Source: Candidatus Bathyarchaeota archaeon (lineage in GTDB: Archaea > Thermoproteota > Bathyarchaeia > Bathyarchaeales > Bathycorpusculaceae). Taken from it: DNA of 64,000 bases. How positions within the stretch are numbered: the first letter of the stretch is position 1; every line of letters starts with the position of its first letter. A program made the translations under genes and the position numbers. The notes beneath the pieces are model-generated. The model searched no databases and had not been told where the DNA came from. It was given only the letters and a program-made list of their open reading frames with translations. The stretch covers positions 1 through 64,000 of the forward strand of contig CAWEPZ010000010.1 of the NCBI GenBank assembly GCA_963811105.1. Direction: 5' to 3'. Shown here one piece after another: positions 63,820-64,000 of the stretch.

Positions 63820-64000
63820 TTAATTGGTTTCAGCTTCAGTTAAGCAGGTTTCATAGAGCGCTTCTTTAACCATCATTATGTGCAGTTCTTCTCTTTCTTT
63901 TTCTCTTATTCGTTGGAGCGCGTATTCAATTACGTGAGTTGTGTTTGCGAAGCGTTTCAATTTGACCATTTTGTTTATCCATATCAGTAGCTCATTGTCT
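63820..64000 (-). CDS. Ribbon-helix-helix protein (partial, runs off the window)
   Basis: DNELLIWINKMVKLKRFANTTHVIEYALQR. Confidence 0.6.
   Translation of the reverse strand, partial: DNELLIWINKMVKLKRFANTTHVIEYALQRIREKEREELHIMMVKEALYETCLTEAETN

Overview
Archaeal genomic window, most likely Bathyarchaeia. This is inferred from gene content: PQQ-like beta-propeller surface protein, eL22, HdrA-MvhD fusion, DUF5752 and the MPLTE-type AbrB-like family. 0.2-7.9 kb is a glycolysis/fermentation cluster (pfkA, CopB-type ATPase, D-hydroxyacid dehydrogenase, pyk, gpm). 8-15.4 kb holds decayed provirus/integrative-element genes around a tRNA-Arg(TCG). 30-50 kb carries surface proteins, a MacB/FtsX-type ABC system, polyferredoxin plus HdrA-MvhD, eL22 and an SPFH protein. 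The main hidden structure has three linked parts. (1) A ~35-kb inversion between 8-bp inverted microhomologies (18358-18365 and 53241-53248) splits a PQQ-propeller gene into two halves and separates a four-repeat Cys-rich precursor peptide from a radical SAM/SPASM maturase; undoing it restores both reading frames. (2) Undoing it also joins two clusters of non-coding repeats (20-25.6 kb on +, 53.9-63.5 kb on -) into one co-oriented ~17-kb cassette-like array. (3) In that array, ~60-bp quasi-palindromic sites with a variable central spacer punctuate six toxin-antitoxin pairs, the RiPP-like operon, an S53 protease and many duplicated gene fragments. No recombinase gene is visible in the window.
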